Origin: an uncultured beta proteobacterium
GTDB taxonomy: Bacteria; Pseudomonadota; Gammaproteobacteria; Burkholderiales; Burkholderiaceae_E
Length of the DNA: 64,000 nt
Direction: 5' to 3'
Assembly (NCBI GenBank): GCA_963696745.1
Contig: CAVOLL010000002.1
Location: 844,171 to 908,170, forward strand
Below the pieces are notes generated by a model. That model was given only the letters and a program-made list of their open reading frames with translations, was not told where the DNA came from and did no database searches. A program made the position numbers and the translations under genes. Position 1 is the stretch's first letter. The number at the start of each line of letters is the position of its first letter. Shown one piece after another: positions 32,093 to 42,434 of the stretch.

Positions 32093-35000
32093 ACCGGCCG
32101 GTCGCGCTCGACGACCATCCGGTGCTCGCGCAGCGGATCCTGCACGGCTTTCACATGCTCGAAGCCGATGCGGGAACCGGCAAGACCTGGACGCTGTCCG
32201 GGCTCGTGGTCCGCATGCTGGTCGAGCGCCGCCTGGAGATCGACCGCGTGCTGGTGGTGACCTTCACCCGCGCCGCGACCGCGCAGTTGTCCGAGCGAAT
32301 CCGTTCCCGTATCGCGGACACGGCGCGCGCCATCGGGCATCGCCTCGGCGTCGCGGGGCAGGCGGTCGACGATCCGTTCTGCGCCGCGTACGCGGCGCGC
32401 CTCGCCGACCCCGATCGCGCGTTGCGCGACCTGCGCGTCGCGCTCGCGCGCATCGACGAGGCCCAGGTACGGACGATCCACGCGTTCTGCCACCGCGTGA
32501 TCAGCGAGCACGCCATGTCGATCGGCCTGGCGCATGGCCTCAGGGCCGAGGCGCTGGGCTCCGAATGGATCGAACGCGGGCTGGCCGCCTGGTGGCGCGA
32601 ATCGGTCGCCGGTCGCGCCCCCGGGCTGCTCGCGCTGCTGCACGGCTGCGGGGTCTCGCCGGCTTCGCTCGTTCGCCCGGTGGCGACGATCGACGCGCGT
32701 CCCGCGGCGCGCGTCGCCCCGGAGCACTTCGAATGGCGCGAGCTGCCGCGACAGATCGACGATCGACGCGAGCAGCTTGCCGGCGTGCTCGACGCCGAAG
32801 GCGAGCAGTTGCTCGCCTGGGTCGGCGTCAAGGGCAATGCCCATGGCACCAGGATGCGCCCCGACTACGTGCGCTCGCGGCTCGCGACGCTGGCCGCGTT
32901 CGCGCACGCCGATCCCGGGCTGATCCCCCCGATCCCGGCCGTGGTCGCGCATTTCACCGGCGAGTACGTCGGACAGCAGGGGCGCTACGAGGTACCGGGA
33001 CTTGCGCTCGTCGGCCTGTGCGAGCAACTCGAGACGCTGCGCCGGCGCTGCCTGTCGCTACCCGGGGTCGTCGCGCACGAGGCCGCGCTCGAGCTCTCGA
33101 GCCGTCGCCTCGAGTTGAAGGTCGCACAAGGCGCGATCGACCACGACGACCTGCTGCGCATCGTGCGCGACGCGCTCGCGCGCCCGAACTCGGGCGAGCA
33201 GCTCGCCGCGGCGCTGAGGGCGCGCTACCCGGTCGCGATGATCGACGAGTGCCAGGACACCGACGCGCTGCAGTGGGAGATCTTCAGCCGGATCTACCGG
33301 CCCGGCGAGCCCGGCGACAAAGGCGACACGGGCGCCGCAGGCGCCACAGGCGCCACAGACGAAGGCGAAAGCGACGAAAGCGACGAAAGCGACGAAAGCG
33401 ACGAAAGCGACGAAAGCGACGAAAGCAGCGGCGACCGACGCGGTGCGCCGCGAGCGCACGATGCGCCGGCGCTGATCCTCGTCGGAGATCCGAAACAGTC
33501 GATCTACTCGTTTCGCGCGGCCGACGTCTATTCCTACCTCGAGGCACGCGGCGCCGACCCCATGTCCCACGCGCTGCACGAGAATCAGCGCTCCGTCCCC
33601 GCGATGCTCGACGCACTCAATGCGCTGTTCGCGCGCGACACGCCGTTTCTGGTCGACGAGATCGCATTCTCGCCGGCATGCGCGGGCAGCAAGGTTCGGG
33701 CCGAATTCGTCGATCGCCGCGCGGGCGAACGCGGTGCGATCACGGTCCTTTCACTCGAACCCGCACCTGACGACGCCGACGACGCCGACGCCGACGCCGA
33801 CGCGGCGCGTGCGATGCTCTCGAGGCCCGGGGGAGTCCGTCGCGCGGTTGCCGCGACAGTTGCCGAGATCGCCAGGCTGCTCGCGCCTGGCGAGGTACGC
33901 CTCGGCGCGCGTGCGCTCGGTCCGGCCGACATCGCGGTGCTGGTCAATTCGCACCACGAGGGAGGCCTCGTCAAGCGCGCGCTGCAGGCGGGGGGAATCG
34001 GCGCCGCCGAGATCTCGCGCGACAGCGTGCTCGAGTCGCGCGAGTGCGACGAACTGATCCGAGTGGTCGCGGCGATCGCGTCGCCCTCGGACGCCGGCCT
34101 CGTACGCGGCGCGCTCGCGACGATGCTGATCGACAGCCTCGCGATCGCCCCCGACGACGCCGACGTGCCGCGCGTGCTCGCCCTGCTGGCCACGGCGCGC
34201 AGCCGCTGGGCCTCGGCGGGGCCGCAGGCGGCGTTGTGGGGGTTGTTCTCGGCGCTCGACGCGTATCGCCGGCTCGCAGCGATTCGCGACGGCGAGCGCC
34301 GGCTGACCAACCTGGCGCACCTGGGCGAATTGCTCGGACGCTCGATCGAGGCGCGCGAGGGCGCCGCCCCCGCGCTGCGATGGCTGATGCGGATGCGCGA
34401 CGACCCCGCGTCGCTCGGTGCCGACGCCGGCGAGTTGCGCCTCGAGAGCGACGAGAACCTGGTGCGCATCGTGACCGTGCACAAGAGCAAGGGCCTCGAG
34501 TATCCGGTCGTGTTCGTGCCCTTCGCCTGGTCGGGCCGCGAATTCGACCGCAGGCGCGGCGGCTCCCGATTCGCGGTGCCGCCCGCGGCGACGGCGATCC
34601 ACTTTCACGAAACGCACGATGGGGACGCGCCGGTCGGCCCGCGCTGGCGGGCAGTGATCGACTTCGAAGCCGACCGTCAAAGCGCCGAGTGGGCGCAGGC
34701 CAGTACCGAGTCGTACTCCGAGGCGCTGCGCGTCCTCTACGTGGCGCTCACCCGTGCCCAGCAGCGCTGCTACCTATGCTGGGGAGCGGTCGCGAGCGCC
34801 CAGTTCGCGCCGCTGAGCTGGCTGCTCGCCGGGCTCGATCCGCGCGCGCAGAAGGAGTGGCGCGCCAACAGCAAGGATCCGCCCACGCTCGACGCCGCGC
34901 TCGCGCGCGATTCGTTGCGGGACTGGTCGCTGCGCGCCAACGCGACCGCCGTTGCCGACGCCGCCAATGCTGGGGCGCTTCGCGTCGTGCCGGCCAGCGA

Positions 35001-36027
35001 AGCGCAGGCCCGCGGTTCGAGCGGCGCGCGCGGACATTCGGCGCCGGGGCGCGCGCCGGCCGACGCCGCGAAGCGCGATCGCGACGAAACCGTCGCCGAG
35101 CCGATGGCGCGCCCGTTCGACGTGCCCATGCCCTTTCCGTGGATCCAGACCAGTTTCACCGCGCTCGCGAGATTGGGAGACGAGCAGGGTCCCGGACATG
35201 CGGCGGTCTCGCGCCCGATGCCCGATCTGCCCGACCACGACCAGGCGATCGAGCCCGACGCCCCGGTTCGCCACAGCGACGCGGCGCGCACCTCCAGCGA
35301 CGCGGCGCGCTTCGCGTTTCCGGCCGGCGCGCTCGCCGGCACCTGCCTGCACGGCATCCTGGAACAGGTGGCGTTCGCCGATCCGATCGACACGACAACG
35401 GTGGCCGGCGCGCTCGCGCGCGTCGGCTACTCGCAGGTCGACCCCGTGGGCGTCGCGCGCTGGCTAGGCGAGGTCGCGACCACGCCGCTGCCGGGCGAGC
35501 GAGCCCCGGCACGCTCGCTCGCCGAACTCGATCCCGGCGCGATCGTCAGCGAGATGGAATTCCACCTCGCGGCGCACGATGTCGACACCGCGCAGGTGCT
35601 GCGCGCCATCGCCACCGAGTACGCGCTCGACGCGCGCGTCGCCTCGCATCGCTGGAGCGGCTTCGTTCGCGGATTCGTCGACCTGGTGTACCGCGCCGAC
35701 GATCGCTGGTACCTGCTCGACTGGAAGAGCAACCACCTCGGCGCGAGTGCGCAAGACTACGACCAGGCCGCGATGGCGCGCAGCAATGCCGCGAACGCCT
35801 ATCCGCTGCAATTCTGCCTCTACGCGCTCGCGCTGCATCGCCTGCTGCGCACGCGCGTCGCCGGCTACGCCTACGATTCGCATTTCGGTCGCGTCCAGTA
35901 CGTCTATCTGCGCGGCGCGGGGGTCGGCGGGAACGACGCGGGCGACGCCGGTCACGGCATCTACTCGTCCCGCCCTTCGGCGCAACTGATCGGCGCGCTC
36001 GACCGACTGTTCGGTGAACGGCCGTGA
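32089..36027 (+). CDS. recB: exodeoxyribonuclease V beta subunit (helicase/nuclease)
   Basis: EADAGTGKT, VVTFTRAAT, IDECQDTD, VGDPKQSIYSFR, VTVHKSKGLEY, LYVALTRA, nuclease motif GFVDL...LLDWKSN. Confidence 0.93.
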   Translation: MNRPVALDDHPVLAQRILHGFHMLEADAGTGKTWTLSGLVVRMLVERRLEIDRVLVVTFTRAATAQLSERIRSRIADTARAIGHRLGVAGQAVDDPFCAAYAARLADPDRALRDLRVALARIDEAQVRTIHAFCHRVISEHAMSIGLAHGLRAEALGSEWIERGLAAWWRESVAGRAPGLLALLHGCGVSPASLVRPVATIDARPAARVAPEHFEWRELPRQIDDRREQLAGVLDAEGEQLLAWVGVKGNAHGTRMRPDYVRSRLATLAAFAHADPGLIPPIPAVVAHFTGEYVGQQGRYEVPGLALVGLCEQLETLRRRCLSLPGVVAHEAALELSSRRLELKVAQGAIDHDDLLRIVRDALARPNSGEQLAAALRARYPVAMIDECQDTDALQWEIFSRIYRPGEPGDKGDTGAAGATGATDEGESDESDESDESDESDESDESSGDRRGAPRAHDAPALILVGDPKQSIYSFRAADVYSYLEARGADPMSHALHENQRSVPAMLDALNALFARDTPFLVDEIAFSPACAGSKVRAEFVDRRAGERGAITVLSLEPAPDDADDADADADAARAMLSRPGGVRRAVAATVAEIARLLAPGEVRLGARALGPADIAVLVNSHHEGGLVKRALQAGGIGAAEISRDSVLESRECDELIRVVAAIASPSDAGLVRGALATMLIDSLAIAPDDADVPRVLALLATARSRWASAGPQAALWGLFSALDAYRRLAAIRDGERRLTNLAHLGELLGRSIEAREGAAPALRWLMRMRDDPASLGADAGELRLESDENLVRIVTVHKSKGLEYPVVFVPFAWSGREFDRRRGGSRFAVPPAATAIHFHETHDGDAPVGPRWRAVIDFEADRQSAEWAQASTESYSEALRVLYVALTRAQQRCYLCWGAVASAQFAPLSWLLAGLDPRAQKEWRANSKDPPTLDAALARDSLRDWSLRANATAVADAANAGALRVVPASEAQARGSSGARGHSAPGRAPADAAKRDRDETVAEPMARPFDVPMPFPWIQTSFTALARLGDEQGPGHAAVSRPMPDLPDHDQAIEPDAPVRHSDAARTSSDAARFAFPAGALAGTCLHGILEQVAFADPIDTTTVAGALARVGYSQVDPVGVARWLGEVATTPLPGERAPARSLAELDPGAIVSEMEFHLAAHDVDTAQVLRAIATEYALDARVASHRWSGFVRGFVDLVYRADDRWYLLDWKSNHLGASAQDYDQAAMARSNAANAYPLQFCLYALALHRLLRTRVAGYAYDSHFGRVQYVYLRGAGVGGNDAGDAGHGIYSSRPSAQLIGALDRLFGERP
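33367..33426 (+). repeat. in-frame 9-bp tandem repeat (GAAAGCGAC)x6 plus a partial unit, encoding (ESD)n in RecB
   Basis: Seen directly in the sequence and translation. Confidence 0.95.
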
Positions 36028-37682
36028 GTACGCGCCTGGCGAAGGCTTTTTCGGACGCCCTCGTGCGCCTGCACGATTCGCAGGGCGGGGCACCGTCCGA
36101 TCGCGGCGCGCTCGTGGGGGCAGCCGAACGCGTCTGGGACGCGGCGCACGATGGCCACGTCTGCGTCCGCCTCGCCGACGACGGCGAGGCGCTCGCCCTC
36201 GCGCGAAGCCCGGCGCTCACGACCGACCCGCGAGCCCGCGTCGCGCCGCTCGTGATCGACGCGTCGCGAATCTACCTCTACCGGCTGCACCGCGCGGAGG
36301 CGCGGCTCGCCGCGGCCGCTTCGGCGCTGGACGTACCCGCTCCGATCGCCTCGTCGCAGAGGATCGCGCAGGCGGTGGTGTCCGCATACGCGGGCGCGGA
36401 CCCCGACGAGGCGCAGCGAAGCGCGGTCAGACTGGCGCTCGAGCGGCGACTTTCGCTGATCTCGGGCGGGCCCGGCAGCGGAAAGACGACGACGCTGGCG
36501 CGGATCGTGATCGCCGTCTTGGAGCTCGCGCCCGAGGCCAGGGTCGCGATCGCCGCACCCACCGGAAAGGCCGCGGCGCGGCTGTCGCAATCGCTCGGCG
36601 CCGAGATTCGCGCGATGCCGGCACGGCACGGGGCCGGCGGCGCGCAACTCGCCCAGGGCGTGACGGTGCACGCGCTGCTGGGGCTGCGCGGGCAACCGGC
36701 GGGCGAGTCCGCAGCGGTCGGTGCGCCGCTGCCCTGGGACGTCGTGATCGTCGACGAGGCGTCGATGCTCGACATCGAGCTGGCGAGCGCGCTCGCGCAG
36801 CGCATCGGCCCCGACGCGCGCCTGGTGCTCGCAGGCGACATGGACCAGCTCGCATCGGTGGAGGCCGGCGCGGTGTTCGCCGAACTGTGCGCAGCGGGGC
36901 TCGCGTGCGTCACGCGACTCGAGCGCAACTATCGTCAGCGCGAGGGCGCGCAGATCGTCGCGCTCGCCGCCGCGGTGCGCTCGGCTGCCGAGGCCGACGC
37001 GATCGCGACGGCGTTCGGATCGACGCTGCGTGCGCGCGACGATCCTTCGGCGATCGTGGCCTGCGCGCTGCAGGCCTACGAGGGAGCGTTCGCCGCCTTG
37101 CGCCGCGGTCTCGACGCGCGTGCCGCGGGCGAGGCGGACGAGTCGGCGGCGTTGCTCGAGCGCTACGAAGGCCATCGCGTGCTCTGCGCGTTGCGCGACG
37201 GTCCGCGCGGGGTCGTCGCGATCAACGCGATGATCGCTGCCGCGGTGCGTCGTCGTGTCGCGGCGCCGGCGCACGCGCAGTGGTATCCGGGTCGGCTGGT
37301 GATGGTGTTGCGCAACGACCGCGAAGCGCGGCTGTTCAACGGCGACGTGGGAGTCTGCGTCGACGGCGAGTCGGTCGTGTTCGCCGATGGCGACGGGGGC
37401 CTGCGCAGGATGCCGGTGCTCGTCGTGCCGGTTTGCGAGGACGCGTGGGCGATCACCGTGCACAAGTCGCAGGGATCGGAGTTCGACTCGGTCGCGTTCG
37501 TCGCGGCGCCGCAGGGCCACGCGCTCGCGACGCGCGAACTGGTCTACACCGCGGTCACGCGGGCGAGGCGCGAGCTCGTGGTCTGGGGCGGCGCGCAGGC
37601 GATCGCCGCCGCGGCCGCCACGCGGGTCGCTCGCGAGGGCCGGTTAGCCGCGCGCATCGCCGAAACGCGCGCCGCGCGCTGA
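36024..37682 (+). CDS. recD: exodeoxyribonuclease V alpha subunit
   Basis: SGGPGSGKTT, APTGKAA, VDEASM, GDMDQLASVEAG, LFNGDVG, AITVHKSQGSEF, YTAVTRA. Confidence 0.93.
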   Translation: MSTRLAKAFSDALVRLHDSQGGAPSDRGALVGAAERVWDAAHDGHVCVRLADDGEALALARSPALTTDPRARVAPLVIDASRIYLYRLHRAEARLAAAASALDVPAPIASSQRIAQAVVSAYAGADPDEAQRSAVRLALERRLSLISGGPGSGKTTTLARIVIAVLELAPEARVAIAAPTGKAAARLSQSLGAEIRAMPARHGAGGAQLAQGVTVHALLGLRGQPAGESAAVGAPLPWDVVIVDEASMLDIELASALAQRIGPDARLVLAGDMDQLASVEAGAVFAELCAAGLACVTRLERNYRQREGAQIVALAAAVRSAAEADAIATAFGSTLRARDDPSAIVACALQAYEGAFAALRRGLDARAAGEADESAALLERYEGHRVLCALRDGPRGVVAINAMIAAAVRRRVAAPAHAQWYPGRLVMVLRNDREARLFNGDVGVCVDGESVVFADGDGGLRRMPVLVVPVCEDAWAITVHKSQGSEFDSVAFVAAPQGHALATRELVYTAVTRARRELVVWGGAQAIAAAAATRVAREGRLAARIAETRAAR

Positions 37683-37758
37683 ACATCCGACGCCGATCGC
37701 CTCGGCGAGATCCGCGGTCCAAGCCGTCCGACGCCGGGATTCGACCCTTCGGAGGCGC

Positions 37759-38950
37759 TCAGAGGCGCTCGACGATCGTCACGTTCGCCATGCCGCCGCC
37801 TTCGCACATCGTCTGCAGGCCGTAGCGCTTGCCGCGCTGCGCTGCAGCGCGTGGACCAGCGTGGTCATCAGCTTCGTGCCGGACGCGCCCAGCGGATGGC
37901 CCAGCGCGATCGCGCCGCCGTTCGACGTTGAGCCGGGCGGGATCGGCGCCGGTCGCCTTCGAGCCAGGCGAGCGGCACCGGGGCGAAGGCCTCGTTGACC
38001 TCGAACAGGTCGATGTCGTCGATCGACATGCCCGGCCTTCTTCAACGCGCGCTGCGTGGCCGGGATCGGCGCTTCGAGCATGATCACCGGATCGTGCCGA
38101 GCACGTCATGTGGTGGATGCGGGCCAGCGGCTTCGACGCCCAGCGCCTTGAGGCCGCGCTCGTTGACGACCATCAGGCCGGAGGCGCCGTCGCAGATCTG
38201 GCTGGCGGTGGCCGCGGTGATGCGGCCGCCTTCGCGCGAGCAGCTTCACGCCGGCGATGCCCTCCAGCGTCGCGTCGAAGCGGATGCCTTCGTCGACGTC
38301 GTGCGATCTCGTCCGAGGGCGATGCCGTCGGCGCGCGCATCGGCACCGGAACGATCTCGTCGGCGAACGCGCCGTCGCGGGTCGCCGCGGCCGCGCGCTG
38401 GTGGCTTGCGAGCGCGTAGCGATCGAGCTCGTCCTTGGTCAGCCCGTACTTCTCGACCATCATCTCGGCGCCGGTGAACTGGCTGAACTGCACGCCGGGG
38501 TAGCGCGCCTGCATCGCCGGGCTCATGTAGTTGCCGAAGCCGCCCTTTTGCGCGCAGCGTAGCCGACAGGCCCATCGGCACGCGCGTCATGCTCTCGACG
38601 CCGGCGGCGATCACGCACGTCCATCGTCCCCGACATCACCGCCTGCGCGGCGAAGTGCAGCGCCTGCTGCGACGAGCCGCACTGGCGGTCGATCGAGGTC
38701 GCCGGGCACGCTTTCGGGCAGCTTCGAGGCGAGCACGGCGTTGCGCGCGACGTTGATCGCCTGCTCGCCGACCTGCATCGACGCAGCCCATGATCACGTC
38801 GTCGACCAGCGCCGGATCGGCACCGCTGCGTTCGACCAGCGCGTCGAGCACCTGCGCCGCGAGGTCCGCCGGATGCCAGCCCGGCGAGCCGTGCCGCCCT
38901 TGCTTGCCGCCCGCGGTGCGTGCCGCGGCGACGATGTATGCCTGGTTCAT
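37759..38950 (-). CDS. acetyl-CoA C-acyltransferase (thiolase; heavily frameshifted)
   Basis: AYIVAAART, IDRQCGSSQQA, AAGVESMTRVPMG, EVNEAFA, GGAIALGHPLGASG, QTMCEGGG. Confidence 0.9.
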
Positions 38951-40350
38951 CGCGTTTCTCCCGTTGTCGATCGGGCCGGCGAGCGCCGCCCTGCACCGGC
39001 ACCGTGCGCTCCCGCCGGCACGGTGCGTTCCATCAGCCGGCGGAACGCGACCGCGTCGTCGCGCGCGTCGACCGTCACGTCGGTCCAGCGAAGCACCTCG
39101 CCCGCGCCTACCGCGCGGCGCAGGCGAAGGTCGTGCGCCAGGCCCAGCGGCAGCGCACCGGCCGCGAGCGAATCGGCCGCGGGCATCAACCGTCCGTACA
39201 CCAGGTAACCGCCTTCGCCGTCGAGGATCTCGCCCGCCTTCAATCCGCGCTTGGCGGTGGCGACCACGTCGCCGCGCCAGCCGTTCGCGACGCCGGTCGG
39301 TTCGCGGCGCAAGCCGACGCTCGCGACGCTGATTCCGAGTTCGAGCCCGATCAGGTGAAACGGTTTGTACATCGCCGAGTATCGTCCGCTGTCGTCGGTG
39401 CTCATGCCGTATTCGCGAAAGCAGCGGCGCACGTATTCGGACTCCCCTTCGATCGTGACGAACATGCCGAAGCGCAGGTCGCGCGGCACTTGGCGCGCGT
39501 CGCGTTCGACGCTGGAGATCACTTCGACCTGGCCGCGGTGGTGCAGTTGGCCGCCGTCCTCGATCGGGCGCAGGACGTGCGCGAGATCGTCGATTCCGCA
39601 CGGCGGGAACGCGAGGCCCGTGGGGGCGGGGACGAGACCGGTGGCATTGGCCACCGCCGCCATCTCGATCGCCGACTTCGTTCCGTCCATGAACGAATTG
39701 AACATCTTCGCGTTCATGCCGCCGACTTTCGCGTCCTCTGCGCTGATGCCGTAGTGTTCCCAGACGGTGTCGGGCGTGCCCTGGTGGTACGAGGGCAGGT
39801 ACTTGGTGCCCTTTCCGGCGGCGATCACCGGAAAGCCGGCCGCGCGCGCCCAGTCGACCATCTCGCAGATCAGCGCCGGCTGATCGCCGTAGGCCAGCGA
39901 ATAGACAATGCCTGCCTGCGCGGCGCGCTCGGCGAGCAGCGGGCCCGCCAGCGCGTCGGCCTCGACGTTCACCATCACGATGTGCTTGCCGTGCATGCAG
40001 CACGCCAGTACGTGCCGTATCCCGGCAGCAGGGTGCCCGGTCGCGTCGATCACGATGTCAAGGTGCGGACTCGAGATCAGCGCCATCGCGTCCTCGCACA
40101 GGTGGGTCGAACCCTTCGCCGCCGCAGTCTCGAAGCTCTTCGCGGCGATCCGATCGGCCGGCCAGCCGACCAGGCGCAAGGCCTTGCGCGCGCGCGCGAG
40201 CGAGAGGTCGGCGACGCCGACGAGGTGGATTCCCGGCGTGCGCAGCGCCTGCGACAGGTACATCGAGCCGAACTTTCCGGCACCGATCAGGCCCACGCGC
40301 AATGGTCGCGCCTCGGCCGCGCGCCTGAGCAGCATCGTATGCAGGTTCAT
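38947..40350 (-). CDS. homoserine-dehydrogenase-like NAD(P)-dependent oxidoreductase with C-terminal SAF domain
   Basis: GLIGAGKFG, DATG, MVNVEAD, YGDQP, DGTKSAIEM, PFHLIGLE, ATAKRGLKAGEILDGEGGY, LPLGLA. Confidence 0.85.
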   Translation of the reverse strand: MNLHTMLLRRAAEARPLRVGLIGAGKFGSMYLSQALRTPGIHLVGVADLSLARARKALRLVGWPADRIAAKSFETAAAKGSTHLCEDAMALISSPHLDIVIDATGHPAAGIRHVLACCMHGKHIVMVNVEADALAGPLLAERAAQAGIVYSLAYGDQPALICEMVDWARAAGFPVIAAGKGTKYLPSYHQGTPDTVWEHYGISAEDAKVGGMNAKMFNSFMDGTKSAIEMAAVANATGLVPAPTGLAFPPCGIDDLAHVLRPIEDGGQLHHRGQVEVISSVERDARQVPRDLRFGMFVTIEGESEYVRRCFREYGMSTDDSGRYSAMYKPFHLIGLELGISVASVGLRREPTGVANGWRGDVVATAKRGLKAGEILDGEGGYLVYGRLMPAADSLAAGALPLGLAHDLRLRRAVGAGEVLRWTDVTVDARDDAVAFRRLMERTVPAGAHGAGAGRRSPARSTTGETR

Positions 40351-40419
40351 CGCGCGCGGCCCCGTTGCCGCGATCGGTCGATCTGCGCGTGCGTCAGCTG
40401 CATCGGTGCGCTCCGTGCG

Positions 40420-41080
40420 TCAGTCGGACAGGTATTCGTCGGCCAGTCGCTTGAACAACGTGCGCCCCGGCGCGTCGAGGTAGGGCGCGAGCAGCGACAA
40501 TACCTGATACGCGCCGCGCGCGATCGCGCGGTTCTGGAACGATTGCTCGCTGAAGCGGCGCGCGTTGCCGACGTATTCGTAGGACAGCCAATAGGTGGCG
40601 ACCACCACCATGTTGGTCGCGAGCGCGCTGATCTCGCGCTCGTCGACGTCCAGCCGCCGCGAATCGACCAGCGCCGAGCACAGCAGGTGCGCCGCGGCGG
40701 TCTTGCGCTCGAGGATGGTCCTGAAGTGCAGCTCGAGTTTGCGATTGCGAGAAAGCAGGTCGTTGATGTCGCGATAGACGAAGCGATTGCGCCAGATCGC
40801 CTCGAACAGCAGGTGCAGGAACAGCCACGCGTCCTCGAACACGATCTCGCGTGCCGCCGGCGCGCTCGAGCAGCGGATCGACCTCGCGCTCGAACTGCTC
40901 GAACAGCGCGTCGACGATCTCCTCCTTGTTGCGGAAGTGGTAGTACAGGTTGCCCGGGCTGATGTTCATCTCGTCGGCGATCGCGCTCGTCGTCACGTTC
41001 GGCTCGCCGATGTCGTTGAACAGCCTCAGTGCGGTCTGCAGGATGCGTTCGCGCGTGCGGCGCGGCAGTTTGCGCTTCAT
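40420..41080 (-). CDS. TetR regulator of the Pseudomonas PhaD type (frameshift near 40850)
   Basis: [46 protein letters not shown]; [22 protein letters not shown]; LLAPYL. Confidence 0.82.
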
Positions 41081-41126
41081 CGTGCTGCGATCGGATGTCC
41101 GGGACGATTCACCGGTCGAGGATACC

Positions 41127-42428
41127 TCAGCGCGCCGAGCAGACCTTGAGCGAGCGTTCCAGGTCGTCGAGCGTGTGCGACAGCCGGATCGCTCCGTCTT
41201 CGAGCCCGCCGCGCCGCCTCGGCAGCGGGACCGGCGTCGTGCGCACCAGCCGAAGCGAGGTGTCCTCGAGTACCGCGCGCCTCAGTGAGAGGCCAGCGCT
41301 GTCGAGCTTGCGCTCGACCTCGTCGAAACGCGAGAGCAGGTCGGCGCGCGTCTGCAGGTAGGCGCGTTCGCAAACGCGTCGGCGGCTCGCCACCGTGAAG
41401 ATGCGCGTGGAGAAGATCGTCTCGTCGTCGCCGCGCGGCTCGAACAGCACGATCCGCGCGTTCGGGTGGGTGATCTCGTACTTTGCCAGCCCCACCGTCA
41501 TGCGCGAACGGATCGCCGTGCGCATCGACTGCGACAGGATCACGGGCAGGCTCGAGCGCGCGATCGATCCGCGCCGCGTGCCGAGCGCGCGTGAGTAGGG
41601 CACCAGAGGGTTGACGCACAGCAACAGCGACACACCCTGCTCGAGTGCGACCGACGCGTGCAGCGTCTTGTTGAGCACGCCGTCGACGTAGTAGCGCTCG
41701 CCGATGCGCACCGGCGCGAACAGCCCGGGCAACGCGCTCGAGGCGCGCACCGCGCGCGAGATCGGCACCTCGTCGAACCCCGGCGCGCCGAACGCGACCG
41801 GGGCACCGGTGTCGATGTCGGTGGCGACGACCCGCAACTCGGTCCCGAGCTTGCGGAAGTCGTTCGTCCTGCCCGGTTCGGCGAAGATCCTGGCCAGCGT
41901 CCGTTCGGCCGTGCGCGCGTCGAGCAGCCCGTTGGGGAGCAGCCTGCCCGCGCGTTCGAGCGCCTGCCACAGCACAGCCGGCGCGCCGCGCAGGCCCTCG
42001 CTCAGCCCGGCCTCGAGCGTTTGCGAGGCCACCGTCGGCGCCGCGCGCAGCGCGCGCATCCACAGGCGCGCTGCTGGCCTGAGCATCGTTGCGGGATCGA
42101 GTTCGGTATCGGCGTCCTCGACAAACATCCGCACCATCTGATGCGGCGTCTTGCCGTTGGCCAGTCCCGCGGCGATGAATCCGCCCGCGCTCACCCCGAC
42201 GTAGGCGTCGAGCCGATTGAGGTCGAGTCCCTCGACCGATTCGGCCAGCGCCGCGAGCACGCCCAGTTCGTAGGCTGCACCGAGGAATCCGCCACCGGCA
42301 AGTGCCAGTCCGACGCGTGGGCGCGACGAAGGGCGCGAAGGGCGCGAGGACCGCGCTCTGGCCCCTGCCTGCTTCACCGCGGGTGCCATTTCGCCTCGGG
42401 CCGGTTCTTCAAAACCCTTCTCGTCCAA
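41127..42428 (-). CDS. patatin-like phospholipase/esterase (start uncertain, possibly 42389)
   Basis: [15 protein letters not shown] nucleophile, [14 protein letters not shown]. Confidence 0.9.
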   Translation of the reverse strand: MDEKGFEEPARGEMAPAVKQAGARARSSRPSRPSSRPRVGLALAGGGFLGAAYELGVLAALAESVEGLDLNRLDAYVGVSAGGFIAAGLANGKTPHQMVRMFVEDADTELDPATMLRPAARLWMRALRAAPTVASQTLEAGLSEGLRGAPAVLWQALERAGRLLPNGLLDARTAERTLARIFAEPGRTNDFRKLGTELRVVATDIDTGAPVAFGAPGFDEVPISRAVRASSALPGLFAPVRIGERYYVDGVLNKTLHASVALEQGVSLLLCVNPLVPYSRALGTRRGSIARSSLPVILSQSMRTAIRSRMTVGLAKYEITHPNARIVLFEPRGDDETIFSTRIFTVASRRRVCERAYLQTRADLLSRFDEVERKLDSAGLSLRRAVLEDTSLRLVRTTPVPLPRRRGGLEDGAIRLSHTLDDLERSLKVCSAR

Positions 42429-42434
42429 ACCCTA

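Noticed and set aside
33367-33426. Repeat array as CRISPR or phase-variation switch
   Set aside because: No spacers and no cas genes; the 9-bp unit preserves the reading frame.
37733-37752. GCCGGGATTCGACCC resembling a reverse tRNA T-arm or att-site remnant (also GGTTCGAACC at 4631)
   Set aside because: No cloverleaf, no direct-repeat partner and no integrase; better explained as an intergenic hairpin or RBS-proximal sequence.
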